DNA from: an uncultured Acidobacteriaceae bacterium
GTDB taxonomy: Bacteria > Acidobacteriota > Terriglobia > Terriglobales > Acidobacteriaceae
NCBI GenBank assembly: GCA_963791515.1
Contig: CAWBSS010000009.1
Coordinates: forward strand, 95,407 to 159,406
Reading direction: 5' to 3'
Length of the DNA: 64,000 nucleotides
Shown: positions 52,662 to 61,175 of the stretch, piece by piece
Layout of the letters: every line of letters begins with the position of its first letter
Numbering within the stretch: the stretch's first letter is position 1
Position numbers and translations under genes: made by a program
Notes under the pieces: model-generated
What the model was told of the DNA's origin: nothing
The model's input: the letters and a program-made list of their open reading frames with translations, nothing else
Database searches by the model: none

Positions 52662-53531
52662 TCAAGGCTTGGCTCCGCCGAGTGACGCGGTGGCGAGGGT
52701 TCCGCCGAGGCCCATCGTTTCCACTGCCGACGAGGGCACGATTACCATCGCACCTTTTTCCTTGACGGCTTCGTAGAGCATGTTCATGGCGCGCAGGTGC
52801 AGGGCCACGGGGTTTTCGGCGTAGGCGGCTGCAGCCTGCACGAAGCTGTTGGAGATTTCGCTTTCGGCCTGGCCGAGGATGATGCGAGCCTGGCGCTCGC
52901 GCTGGGCTTGGGCCTGGCGCGACATGGCGTCCTCCAGGCCTGATGGGATCTTTACGTCGCGGATCTCGACCGATTGCACGGTGATGCCCCAGGGGTTCGT
53001 TTTTTCGTCGAGGATACGCTGCAGTTCGCGTCCCATGGTTTCGCGCTCGGTGATCATTTGTGCGAGTTCGTGGCGGCCGATCGACTCGCGCAGTGCGGTT
53101 TGTGCGCTCATGGTGATGGCCTCGATGAAGTTCTCGACTTCGAGAATCGATTTCTCAGCGTTCCAGACGAGCCAGAAGACGATGGCATCGACGTTCACGG
53201 GGACGGTGTCGCGTGTGAGCGTGGACTCGGCGGAGACACTGGCGACGCGGACGCGCTGGTCCACGTAGGGGCTGAGCGTCTCAAAGATCGGGATGATGTG
53301 GCACATTCCGGGGCCACGCAGGCCGACGTAGCGGCCCAGGCGCAGGACTGCGACCTTCTCCCACTGGCGCACGACTTTAATCGCGAAAAGAAAGTAGAGG
53401 CCGACCAGGGCTCCGAAGATGGCCGGGGCCGGATGGTGAACTGCTTGGGACACTGCGATGCCAATCACGATGCTGATCACGAACAACAAGAGGGCAATGC
53501 CACTGACTTCGTTCTTCCGAATGTTCGCCAT
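52662..53531 (-). CDS. SPFH/band-7 (stomatin-like) membrane protein
   Basis: 289-aa ORF with an N-terminal TM, VVRQWEKVAVLRLGRYVGLRGPGMCHIIPIFE and a following coiled-coil region typical of stomatin/slipin proteins. Confidence 0.85.
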   Translation of the reverse strand: MANIRKNEVSGIALLLFVISIVIGIAVSQAVHHPAPAIFGALVGLYFLFAIKVVRQWEKVAVLRLGRYVGLRGPGMCHIIPIFETLSPYVDQRVRVASVSAESTLTRDTVPVNVDAIVFWLVWNAEKSILEVENFIEAITMSAQTALRESIGRHELAQMITERETMGRELQRILDEKTNPWGITVQSVEIRDVKIPSGLEDAMSRQAQAQRERQARIILGQAESEISNSFVQAAAAYAENPVALHLRAMNMLYEAVKEKGAMVIVPSSAVETMGLGGTLATASLGGAKP

Positions 53532-53536
53532 GATGT

Positions 53537-53941
53537 CTATCTCCTTTTTGGCAACAAGTCGCGCAGACGATCGATCAGATCTTCGAGGGTGAATCCGGCG
53601 GCGCCTGCGCGGGCCGCGAATTCTCCAGCCATCTGGCCAAGCTGACGCTCTCGTTCGGCAGAATTCTTTTCCAGCTTCTTGTTTGCGATGAAAGTTCCCG
53701 TGCCTTGGTGGGTTTCGATCAGGCCGCCGAGTTCCAGCTCGCGGTAGGCCCGCATCACGGTATTGGGATTGATGGCGAGATCGACGGCGAGCTGGCGCAC
53801 TGTGGGCAACTGGTCTCCGGCGGTCAGCGAGCCGGAGGCGATCCCGCTGCGCACCTGATCGATCAGCTGGCGGTAGACGGGGACACCGCTATGAAGGTCG
53901 ATCGCGAAGCGTGGCGTTGCGGGGCTGCCATTCCTTCCCAT
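53537..53941 (-). CDS. GntR-family (YtrA-like, short) transcriptional regulator
   Basis: 134-aa ORF with winged-helix VPVYRQLIDQVRSGIASGSLTAGDQLPTVRQLAVDLAINPNTVMRAYRELE. Its stop lies 5 nt upstream of the SPFH gene start. Confidence 0.8.
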   Translation of the reverse strand: MGRNGSPATPRFAIDLHSGVPVYRQLIDQVRSGIASGSLTAGDQLPTVRQLAVDLAINPNTVMRAYRELELGGLIETHQGTGTFIANKKLEKNSAERERQLGQMAGEFAARAGAAGFTLEDLIDRLRDLLPKRR

Positions 53942-54013
53942 GTGTGTCAGTGTACTACAGGACTAGTACATTAAGTCAAGTACTATTTTGCAGGTTTCAA
54001 ACGACATTCGTCA

Positions 54014-54565
54014 CTACTTCGCGACCCTGAAGCCTTTGCGGCGTTGTTCGCTGTAGCGGTGCAGCGCGTCGAGGATAATGGGGTACGCTTCCGATGGGGG
54101 GCGTATCTCATCGACCTCGACGGCCTTGCCTTCGAGCTGCTTGTAATCCTGAAAAAACCTGCGCAGCATGAGCAGGCGGTGAGGCGGCATCTCCGCGGCC
54201 TGGCGGTAGGAGTTGAATTCGGGGTCCTCGGTCGCCACGGCGATGATTTTGTGGTCCTGTTTGCCCGCGTCGATCATGGTCATCAAGCCGATGGTGCGGG
54301 CGTGAATGATAGTCAGTGGAACCACCGGCTCCTGGCAGAGAACCAGCACATCGAGCGGGTCGTCGTCTTCGGCGAGCGTCTGCGGAATGAAACCGTAGTT
54401 GGCCGGGTAGTAGACGGCTGAATAGAGGATGCGGTCGAGGCGGATCAGGCCGCTTGACTTGTCGAGTTCGTACTTCACACTGGAGCCGAACGGGATTTCG
54501 ACGACGCAGTCGAATTCGTGGGGGAGTTTGTCGCCGGGAGTTACATCGTGCCAAGGATGGATCAT
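54014..54565 (-). CDS. ppa: inorganic pyrophosphatase (family I)
   Basis: ORF trimmed to ATG at 54565 (MIHPWHDV...). Has [14 protein letters not shown] and [10 protein letters not shown] motifs. Confidence 0.9.
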   Translation of the reverse strand: MIHPWHDVTPGDKLPHEFDCVVEIPFGSSVKYELDKSSGLIRLDRILYSAVYYPANYGFIPQTLAEDDDPLDVLVLCQEPVVPLTIIHARTIGLMTMIDAGKQDHKIIAVATEDPEFNSYRQAAEMPPHRLLMLRRFFQDYKQLEGKAVEVDEIRPPSEAYPIILDALHRYSEQRRKGFRVAK

Positions 54566-54671
54566 AGGAGAATGGTTTGTCTTAATTAGGCTCTTTATTC
54601 TAGCGGAGGTGTTGCGGCAGAGGAGAAGCAATGTAGCGCGACGCCGGAAAGTGGCGCAAGGTGGGGGAATG

Positions 54672-54914
54672 CTAGAACTGGCTGCGAGAGGGTTTCAGAA
54701 GGCGGGGCAGGTGTTGTCTGACAGCATCGTGCAGGCGCCGGTTTTGCTTTCGCATCGTGAAACGGTCGCGGCGAGGGACGTTGTAGAGACGCATGGAGAC
54801 TTCCACCAGCATGCGATCCAAGGCTAGAAGGACGTCCAGCATTTCGTTAGGATCGCGCTGGTTGAGGATCTGATTGCGCAGTTTGCGCCATTCCCTTTTG
54901 TCCTGCTGTGTCAT
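54672..54914 (-). CDS. hypothetical small basic protein
   Basis: 80-aa ORF with no overlap with other calls. No motif recognised. Confidence 0.3.
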   Translation of the reverse strand: MTQQDKREWRKLRNQILNQRDPNEMLDVLLALDRMLVEVSMRLYNVPRRDRFTMRKQNRRLHDAVRQHLPRLLKPSRSQF

Positions 54915-55169
54915 TTGGGTTCACTCTGCTATTACAGATAGAGGATCGAGCTCAGAAATGGAAATTGAAATAGTTGATCGGTCCTATCGAGGGAGGATCG
55001 ATTTCTGTAAATGCTTGAAAACAAAATGAACAGAGTGTGGGGTGTGGCGTCTGGTCGATGCGGAGGATCAATTCTTTGAGTGTGTTGCGGGCCAGTCTGC
55101 CCGGAATCTTGATTCTCACGGTAGTGACGCGTACAGTTTGAATGTGGGGTGCATCCTCTTCGGGGGACT

Positions 55170-55658
55170 ATGTCGAACCAAGCCAAGACCTATCTCAAGT
55201 TCGGTGGAGCGACGGCGGTGATTCTGCTGCTGCTGGGCTACCTGGCCTATACCGGTGTGCAGGACAGCAAGAGTTATTACGTCACGATTAAAGAGTTGCA
55301 TAAGATGGGGGACGGCGCCTACTCGAAGCGCCTGCGGGTTGCCGGGAACGTGCAGCCGGGCTCGATCCGACGGACGGGTACGCACGTGCAGTTTGTGCTG
55401 ATGGAAGAGGATCAGACGCTCCACGTGGACTATACCGGGACGGAAGCGCCGCCCGACACGTTCAAAGACGATTCCCAGGCTCTTGCGGACGGGCGCTTCG
55501 ATCGCGACGGCGTGTTCCATGCCAAGCAGCTACAGGCGAAATGCGCGTCGAAGTATGCTCCGCAGCAGCCGGGCACTCCGGCCAACGGGATGCAATCCGC
55601 CGAGCCGGCCAAGAGTGTGACGCAGGTGCAACCGGCAGGCGCCGGGATGGCGAACTAG
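55170..55658 (+). CDS. ccmE: cytochrome c maturation heme chaperone CcmE, CxxxY variant
   Basis: ORF trimmed to ATG at 55170. Has an N-terminal TM anchor and OB-fold region (RLRVAGNVQPGSIRR). The C-terminal AKQLQAKCASKY aligns with E. coli AKEVLAKHDENY, with Cys replacing the heme-binding His. Confidence 0.8.
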   Translation: MSNQAKTYLKFGGATAVILLLLGYLAYTGVQDSKSYYVTIKELHKMGDGAYSKRLRVAGNVQPGSIRRTGTHVQFVLMEEDQTLHVDYTGTEAPPDTFKDDSQALADGRFDRDGVFHAKQLQAKCASKYAPQQPGTPANGMQSAEPAKSVTQVQPAGAGMAN

Positions 55659-56284
55659 ATTTGCGCCGGCCCGGAGCCGCTGGTCCGTGGCATCTGGTAA
55701 GCCGGACGTGAAGATCGTCTGCGGATCAGCCACCGTAACGCGTGAGTGGTCCCTACCGCGATAGCAAAAGCAGAAACCGCAATCACCGGCACGAACCAGT
55801 GGCCGAGTAGTTCGTGCATCCCCGCGGGGTTGTTGGGAACCCCGACGCCCAGACTCCTTGGGCCCAACCACATTCCCAATCTCGAAGGCATGAAGGGCTT
55901 GAGGAACACAGCCACCGTGAGCGTGAGCGCCGTGCTGTAGCCAAGGAGGGCCACGAAGAAAGTGGTGGTCCCCGTGATGCCAAGCTTGGCCCAGCGCCAA
56001 CTCGTCCGCAACAGGACCCACGGAGAGAAACTTTGGCCGGCGCGGGTGAGCATGCGTTCCGTGGTGTATCGGTCAGCTAATTCTTCCGGAGTGCCCAGCA
56101 AACGGAGCACGCGATCGACCGCGCCGTCGGGGTCGGTCGCACCTGAGACCGAATCCAGAATGTGGGCGCGGATTTCGCGAACAATCTCGTCTCTTTCCGC
56201 GGGAGCAACGGCCGCCAGGGCATTCGCCAGCCGGTTTAGATAAGTGTCGATGCAGTTGTCCGTAAGTGGAGCTAAGGTGGTCAT
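55655..56284 (-). CDS. membrane protein with DUF1700/HAAS-like N-terminal domain (PadR partner)
   Basis: ORF trimmed to ATG at 56284, which overlaps the padR stop as ATGA. The N-terminal IDTYLNRLANALAAVAPAERDEIVREIRAHILD...GTPEELADRY is followed by several TM helices. Confidence 0.65.
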   Translation of the reverse strand: MTTLAPLTDNCIDTYLNRLANALAAVAPAERDEIVREIRAHILDSVSGATDPDGAVDRVLRLLGTPEELADRYTTERMLTRAGQSFSPWVLLRTSWRWAKLGITGTTTFFVALLGYSTALTLTVAVFLKPFMPSRLGMWLGPRSLGVGVPNNPAGMHELLGHWFVPVIAVSAFAIAVGTTHALRWLIRRRSSRPAYQMPRTSGSGPAQI

Positions 56285-56658
56285 CGCTGTTTTCCTCCCA
56301 AGACGGGCTGCACAAGGGCGGCAAGGCTGGCGGCGAACGTGTGCCAGGCCTCGGCCATTTCCCGGGCGCGGCGGCGGCCCGGTGCAGTCAACCAGTAGTA
56401 TTTCCGCGGATGTCCGGCTTCGGATTCGACCCATTCGGACTGCAAGAGTCCTTCGGCCTTGAGCCGCGACAGGATGGGATACAACGTGCCTTCGGCGACG
56501 TCGAGTTGCGACTTCTCCGAGAGGGAACGCAGGATTTCCAGCCCGTAAAGGCGGGACTGCCACAGGCTAGCCAAGATTGCCATCTCGAGACATCCTTTGC
56601 GGAGTTGTGCCTCCCAGTGCTGCCCGCGATCACCGTTACTGTTGCTTGCCATATACAT
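56281..56658 (-). CDS. PadR-family transcriptional regulator
   Basis: Has the CLEMAILASLWQSRLYGLEILRSL...EGTLYPILSRLKAEGLLQSEW...RKYYWLT winged-helix pattern. Start at ATG 56658 or 56652. Confidence 0.8.
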   Translation of the reverse strand: MYMASNSNGDRGQHWEAQLRKGCLEMAILASLWQSRLYGLEILRSLSEKSQLDVAEGTLYPILSRLKAEGLLQSEWVESEAGHPRKYYWLTAPGRRRAREMAEAWHTFAASLAALVQPVLGGKQR

Positions 56659-56675
56659 TGTATAGCTATGTATAG
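56653..56675. promoter_or_regulatory. candidate PadR operator (AT-rich inverted and direct repeat)
   Basis: ATACAT (56653-56658) - N9 - ATGTAT (56668-56673) inverted repeat. TGTATAG direct repeat at 56659 and 56669. Overlaps the probable padR start region. Confidence 0.35.
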
Positions 56676-56792
56676 TGCCATGGAATGGTTCTGCCGTCAA
56701 GTCGATCTGTGCAAGCCTTACTTTGCAATTCTTCGCAAAAATGCATAGATTCGCTAGCGTAACTTCTGTGACATTGTGGCCGCAATCTCCCG

Positions 56793-57494
56793 GTGCCTGT
56801 GACTGACGCCATTCCGCAAAGCTCGACCATCATCACCGTCAACAACGTCATTAAACAGTTCGGACGCTTTGCCGCTCTGCGCGGGGTGACGGCCGAGTTC
56901 GACGGGGGACGCTTTCACGCGATTCTCGGCGAGAACGGAGCAGGGAAGACTACGCTGCTGCGGGCACTGGCTGGGCTGGCGCAGCCGACGCGGGGAGAGA
57001 TTTCGATTTTCGGGAAGAGCCCGCAGGAAGCCTGCCGCGATATCGGATATATGGCTCATCCGTCGCTGCTCTACGACGAGATGAGCGGGATGGAGAACCT
57101 GCGGTACTTTGCGCGGCTTTATGGCATTGCGGGGGACGGCCGCTGCGAAGAAGTGATTCGCGCCGTGGGACTCGATCCGGAGTTGACGCGGGCGGTGGGG
57201 CAGTATTCGCAGGGGATGCGGCAGAGGATGTCGCTGGCACGGGCGATTCTGCATGATCCGAGAGTGCTGCTGCTGGATGAGCCGTTCTCCAACGTGGACG
57301 TGCACTCGGCGCGGGCCATGGTCGGGTTGCTCAAGGGCATGCGCGATGCGGGGAAGACGGTTTTCGTAATCACGCACCAGGCGCTGCTGCTCGACGGCGT
57401 GGCCGACGAGTTTGTCTGGATGCAGGCGGGACAGATTGTGGATCGGACTGCCAGCCTCGCTCGCGCGGCGGGTTCCGCTGAGGGCGTCCAATGA
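56793..57494 (+). CDS. ccmA: heme exporter ATP-binding protein CcmA
   Basis: 233-aa ORF (GTG start) with Walker A GENGAGKTT, signature YSQGMRQRMSLARA and Walker B LLLLDEP. Its stop overlaps the ccmB start. Confidence 0.8.
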   Translation: MPVTDAIPQSSTIITVNNVIKQFGRFAALRGVTAEFDGGRFHAILGENGAGKTTLLRALAGLAQPTRGEISIFGKSPQEACRDIGYMAHPSLLYDEMSGMENLRYFARLYGIAGDGRCEEVIRAVGLDPELTRAVGQYSQGMRQRMSLARAILHDPRVLLLDEPFSNVDVHSARAMVGLLKGMRDAGKTVFVITHQALLLDGVADEFVWMQAGQIVDRTASLARAAGSAEGVQ

Positions 57495-58168
57495 ATTCGC
57501 TCTGGGCGGTGACCCTTGCGACGCTGGTCAAAGACATACGGCTGGAGTGGCGCTCGAAAGATGCGCTGAATTCCATGCTGTTTTTTTCGTTGCTGGTGGT
57601 GGTGATCTTCGTATTTTCCTTCGATCCGCTGGCGGAAGAGTCGCGGCATATTGTGGGTGGATTGGTGTGGGTTGCGTTTTTGTTTGCGGCGGTGGTGGCG
57701 CTCAATCAGACTTGGGCGCGCGAAATACGCAACCAGGTGCTCGATGCGTACCGGGTTTCTCCGGCTCCGGCGAATGCGTTATTTCTGGCCAAGGCTTTGG
57801 GGAATTTTATTTTCGTAAGCGTGCTGGAAGCACTGATGACACCGCTATTCGTGATTTTTTATAATCTGCGGGTTCTGGGACCGGCGTGGCAGTTGATTCC
57901 GATTGCGGCTTTGGGAACGTGGGCGCTGGTGGTGAATGGGACATTTTTCGCCGCGATGTCACTGCGCACACGGAGTCGCGAGATCATGCTGCCGCTGCTG
58001 CTGTTTCCGATTTCCATTCCGGCCGTGCTGGGAATGGTGGCGGGGACGACGTCGATTCTGACCGGAGAAAATTCCGCGCACTTCTACATCGTGTTGCTTC
58101 TCACCTACGATGTGGTGTTTACTACAGCTTGTCTGGCATTGTTCGGGATGATTTTGCACGCGGAATGA
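57491..58168 (+). CDS. ccmB: heme exporter permease CcmB
   Basis: 225-aa ORF, 6 TM. The N-terminal VKDIRLEWRSKDALNSMLFF is typical of CcmB. ATGA overlaps on both sides. Confidence 0.8.
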   Translation: MNSLWAVTLATLVKDIRLEWRSKDALNSMLFFSLLVVVIFVFSFDPLAEESRHIVGGLVWVAFLFAAVVALNQTWAREIRNQVLDAYRVSPAPANALFLAKALGNFIFVSVLEALMTPLFVIFYNLRVLGPAWQLIPIAALGTWALVVNGTFFAAMSLRTRSREIMLPLLLFPISIPAVLGMVAGTTSILTGENSAHFYIVLLLTYDVVFTTACLALFGMILHAE

Positions 58169-59070
58169 AACGGCTTTTCCCCATTCTCTCGGTCCTTACG
58201 GCGGTTCTGCTGGCCTATGCCCTGTATCAGGCACTGGTGGTTGCGCCTACGGATGCGCAGCAGGGCGATGTGTACCGGATCATTTATTATCACGTGCCTT
58301 CCGCGTGGACGGCGTTTTTGTTGTTCTTTATTAATTTCATTGCGTCGATTCAATATCTGGCCAGCGCGAAGCCCTCGACGAAAACTGCAGCGAAGTGGAT
58401 TGTGATTGCGATCGGAGTCGGGGGAGTGATTGCCTGTTTTATCCCGCAGGTGCAGCAGTTGCTGCCGGCGGGGATGCGGCCGAGCGCGGTGGCAACGACG
58501 GTGCTGGCGATTCCGGCGTTCTATTTTTTGATTGGGAAGTTCTTTCCCGGAGAACGGCTCGATGTGCTCGCGGTGACGACGGCGGAGGTGGGCGTGGTTT
58601 TTTGCACCATCGTGCTGGTCACCGGGCCGATCTGGGCGCGGCCGGTGTGGGGAATCTGGTGGGCGCCGGGAGATATTCGGCTGACGTCGACGCTGGTGTT
58701 GTGGCTGATTTACGTGAGTTATCTGGTGCTGCGGCGCTTTTCCAATAGCGCGCAGACGCAGATGCTGGCTGCGGCGCTCGCGGTGTTCGGGGCGCTGGAT
58801 GTGCCGCTGGTTTATTTTTCGATCTGGTTTTTCCGCACGCAGCATCCGCAGCCGGTGATCGGCGGCGGCGGATCGATGGATCCGCGCATGCTGCACGTGC
58901 TGCTGATCAGTTGGATGGGGTTTCTTTGCTTTGCGTTTCTCGTCTGTTGGTCGCGGTTCCGGCTGGAACTGCTGCACCGCGAAATTGAGGAGGCGCACGC
59001 GATGGAATCCCTGGTCGGGGAGGGAGTGGCGGCCAAGGCCAGCCTTCCGCTCAGTCGGAGTCCGCGATGA
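58165..59070 (+). CDS. ccmC: heme exporter/lyase subunit CcmC
   Basis: ORF 57886-59070 trimmed to ATG at 58165 (ATGA overlap with ccmB). Has YRIIYYHVPSAW and the Trp-rich WGIWWAPGDIRLTS motif. Confidence 0.85.
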   Translation: MKRLFPILSVLTAVLLAYALYQALVVAPTDAQQGDVYRIIYYHVPSAWTAFLLFFINFIASIQYLASAKPSTKTAAKWIVIAIGVGGVIACFIPQVQQLLPAGMRPSAVATTVLAIPAFYFLIGKFFPGERLDVLAVTTAEVGVVFCTIVLVTGPIWARPVWGIWWAPGDIRLTSTLVLWLIYVSYLVLRRFSNSAQTQMLAAALAVFGALDVPLVYFSIWFFRTQHPQPVIGGGGSMDPRMLHVLLISWMGFLCFAFLVCWSRFRLELLHREIEEAHAMESLVGEGVAAKASLPLSRSPR

Positions 59071-59216
59071 ACGCCATCAAGTTTCTCTTCGCCGCCTATA
59101 TTGCCACGTGGGTGATCCATGGCGTCTATCTCGCCAGCCTGGTTCGGAGGTTCAGCCGACTGCGCCAGCAGTTGAAGGAACTGGGGAAAGGGAGTAGGGA
59201 TCGCCAGCGGGTTTGA
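59067..59216 (+). CDS. ccmD: CcmD-like small membrane protein (49 aa; below the ORF-track cutoff)
   Basis: Hand translation: MNAIKFLFAAYIATWVIHGVYLASLVRRFSRLRQQLKELGKGSRDRQRV. One TM followed by a basic tail, as in CcmD. Its ATG overlaps the ccmC stop as ATGA. Confidence 0.6.
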   Translation: MNAIKFLFAAYIATWVIHGVYLASLVRRFSRLRQQLKELGKGSRDRQRV

Positions 59217-59565
59217 AACGTCCAGTTCTTCCGAAGTAATTTCTCGCTGAGTGAAACGCGTCACATCCGTTGCGGCCTCGTCGGGCAAGACTCGTACCAG
59301 GGTTCGCCTTGAAGGCGTGCCGACGATGCCACGAACAAAAGGAATCGGCTTTAGCCGCTGGGTATGGCCGTCCCCGTTCGACACGCTCCGGAGCTCACTC
59401 GCAGAGTGGCGGAAGCTCGAAAGCTCGTGATGACGTCCTCGTATCGTGGGAACAGCGAATTCGGCGGGCGGGTGCAGGGCAGAAATCGCACTTATTGCAT
59501 TCGCTCAGTGAGGCTTTGAAGAACTCTGGCGTTCCGGCAAATCAATTTCGGAGGAGAGGAAGATC

Positions 59566-60075
59566 ATGAAAACAGTGGTCGCATTTCTTCTGTTCAGCGG
59601 GCTGCAGCTCGTAGCACAAGACGTGCAGTCTTGCCCCATGCACAAGGAGCATATGAAAGAGGCTTCGCAGCATCAGGCGGAGGTGGAAAAACACGGGGAT
59701 GAGGCCATGGGATTCCCGCATGACAGGACCACTCATCATTTTCGCCTCTACTCCGACGGCGGGGCAATTGAAGTAACCGTCAATGACCGCAAGGATTCCC
59801 AAAACATAAAGGCCATCCGGTCCCATCTGGCGTATATTGCCACGATGTTCTCAAACGGAAACTTTTCCATACCCATGTTCGTGCATGACCAAGTACCGCC
59901 CGGTGTTGCTGTGATGAAAGAAAAACACGTCGAACTTTCTTACACATTCGAAGAATTGCCGGCAGGCGGCAGGGTGCGGATTAAGACGACAAGTCCCGAC
60001 GCGCTGAAAGCGGTTTATGACTTCCTTCGTTTTCAGATCGAGGACCACCATACTGGGGACACAACCGAAATATAG
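59566..60075 (+). CDS. His-rich periplasmic hypothetical protein
   Basis: 169-aa ORF (GGAGG upstream) with signal peptide MKTVVAFLLFSGLQLVAQ. Many His/Cys residues near the N-terminus (CPMHKEHMKEASQHQ..HGDE..FPHDRTTHHF) and DHHTGD near the C-terminus. Confidence 0.55.
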   Translation: MKTVVAFLLFSGLQLVAQDVQSCPMHKEHMKEASQHQAEVEKHGDEAMGFPHDRTTHHFRLYSDGGAIEVTVNDRKDSQNIKAIRSHLAYIATMFSNGNFSIPMFVHDQVPPGVAVMKEKHVELSYTFEELPAGGRVRIKTTSPDALKAVYDFLRFQIEDHHTGDTTEI

Positions 60076-60102
60076 GGAGGACGGTCCCTTGCGTTCGGCA
60101 AT

Positions 60103-60477
60103 TCAGTTCGAGGCTTTCCATTCCTTCTGAAGGGCAGAGAGGAAGTCTGGGCTGCCATTGGAGCGGAGGAATTCGTAGTTCTCGATCATGGCGGCGGTGC
60201 CGATGCGGGCGGAGCGAAGAGGATTTTCGACGCGGATGACACGTGCCGTGAAACGAACACGGACGGCGACGGTGAGAGTGACGTGGGGAGGGAAGGTCAG
60301 AGTGACTTCCAGCTTGGTCCCGGCGGAGACGGGGCGGTCGAGGTAGAAGAAAACGCCGCGGGCACTGACGTTCTGAGTCTCGGTGTGAACCTCGCCGCTG
60401 CCTTCGAGGCGGACAATGGCGGGGAGGCGCATGTCGAAGCGCCGCATCATCCGCCGGTCCGGTGAATTCGGTTGCAT
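60103..60477 (-). CDS. PilZ domain-containing protein
   Basis: ORF trimmed to ATG at 60477 (GGGAG upstream). Has RRMMRRFDMRLP (RxxxR-like) and QNVSARGVFFYL (DxSxxG-like) motifs; single-domain size. Confidence 0.65.
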   Translation of the reverse strand: MQPNSPDRRMMRRFDMRLPAIVRLEGSGEVHTETQNVSARGVFFYLDRPVSAGTKLEVTLTFPPHVTLTVAVRVRFTARVIRVENPLRSARIGTAAMIENYEFLRSNGSPDFLSALQKEWKASN

Positions 60478-61175
60478 GTTAGAGCGCTCCCGCCAGGAGC
60501 GCGTTGTTGCAAGAAATGCGATCACAGCAGACGGCCAATCCCCGCAGATTTTCAAGGCCTGAGTTTTGACGAGACACGGCCCGTGTAGCCCTCAATGTAT
60601 AGAAACATGTGCAGTTTGCAACAGCAAACTGCCAGCTAAACAGATACTTTAATCTGTCCGGAATTCGGAACAGAACCGTCCGGGAGCCGGGAGAGGAAGT
60701 AATTGTGGGCAGGGCTTGCCCCTAGTCGGAGCAATCCCGATGCCATCGATAGCGCGACGGAGTCGTAAGTTTTCCACGAAGAATGAGCGGCTTGCGGAGT
60801 GGTTGAGTGCGGAGGGTCAAGGCTCATGCCAGAGGTTTGCGCAAGGAGGATTCATTCTTTCCACTTCGGCTGACGACCAATAGCAGCCTGTAGTTCTCTT
60901 CATGGCACTTTTGTGCCACGGCGCGGCATCTTTCCGCCTACTCGAACGCATCTGACGAATCTTGGGGCGGCGGCAGGACGGTGGGTGGCTTGACTTGTCT
61001 ATCCGTCAGATGTTTAAGTAGTTATTTAATTTTTTCCGCCAGTTCCAGTGACAAGCAAGCCGCGGTCAGGTTCGCCGGCGCGAGGCTCGGTTGACTTGTG
61101 CGCCGTCTCTAATCTCTCCACTGATCTGAGCGAAAAACGATCGAAGAAAACCGTCTAACTGTATCGGAGGAACGA

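Noticed and set aside
58105-58998. 297-aa minus-strand ORF rich in Arg/His/Pro/Gln
   Set aside because: Antisense to ccmC, with extreme composition and no motifs.
59270-59569. 99-aa ORF between ccmD and the His-rich protein gene
   Set aside because: Arg/Ser/Gly-rich, with no motif or RBS. The 350-nt spacer is treated as non-coding, though its function is unknown.
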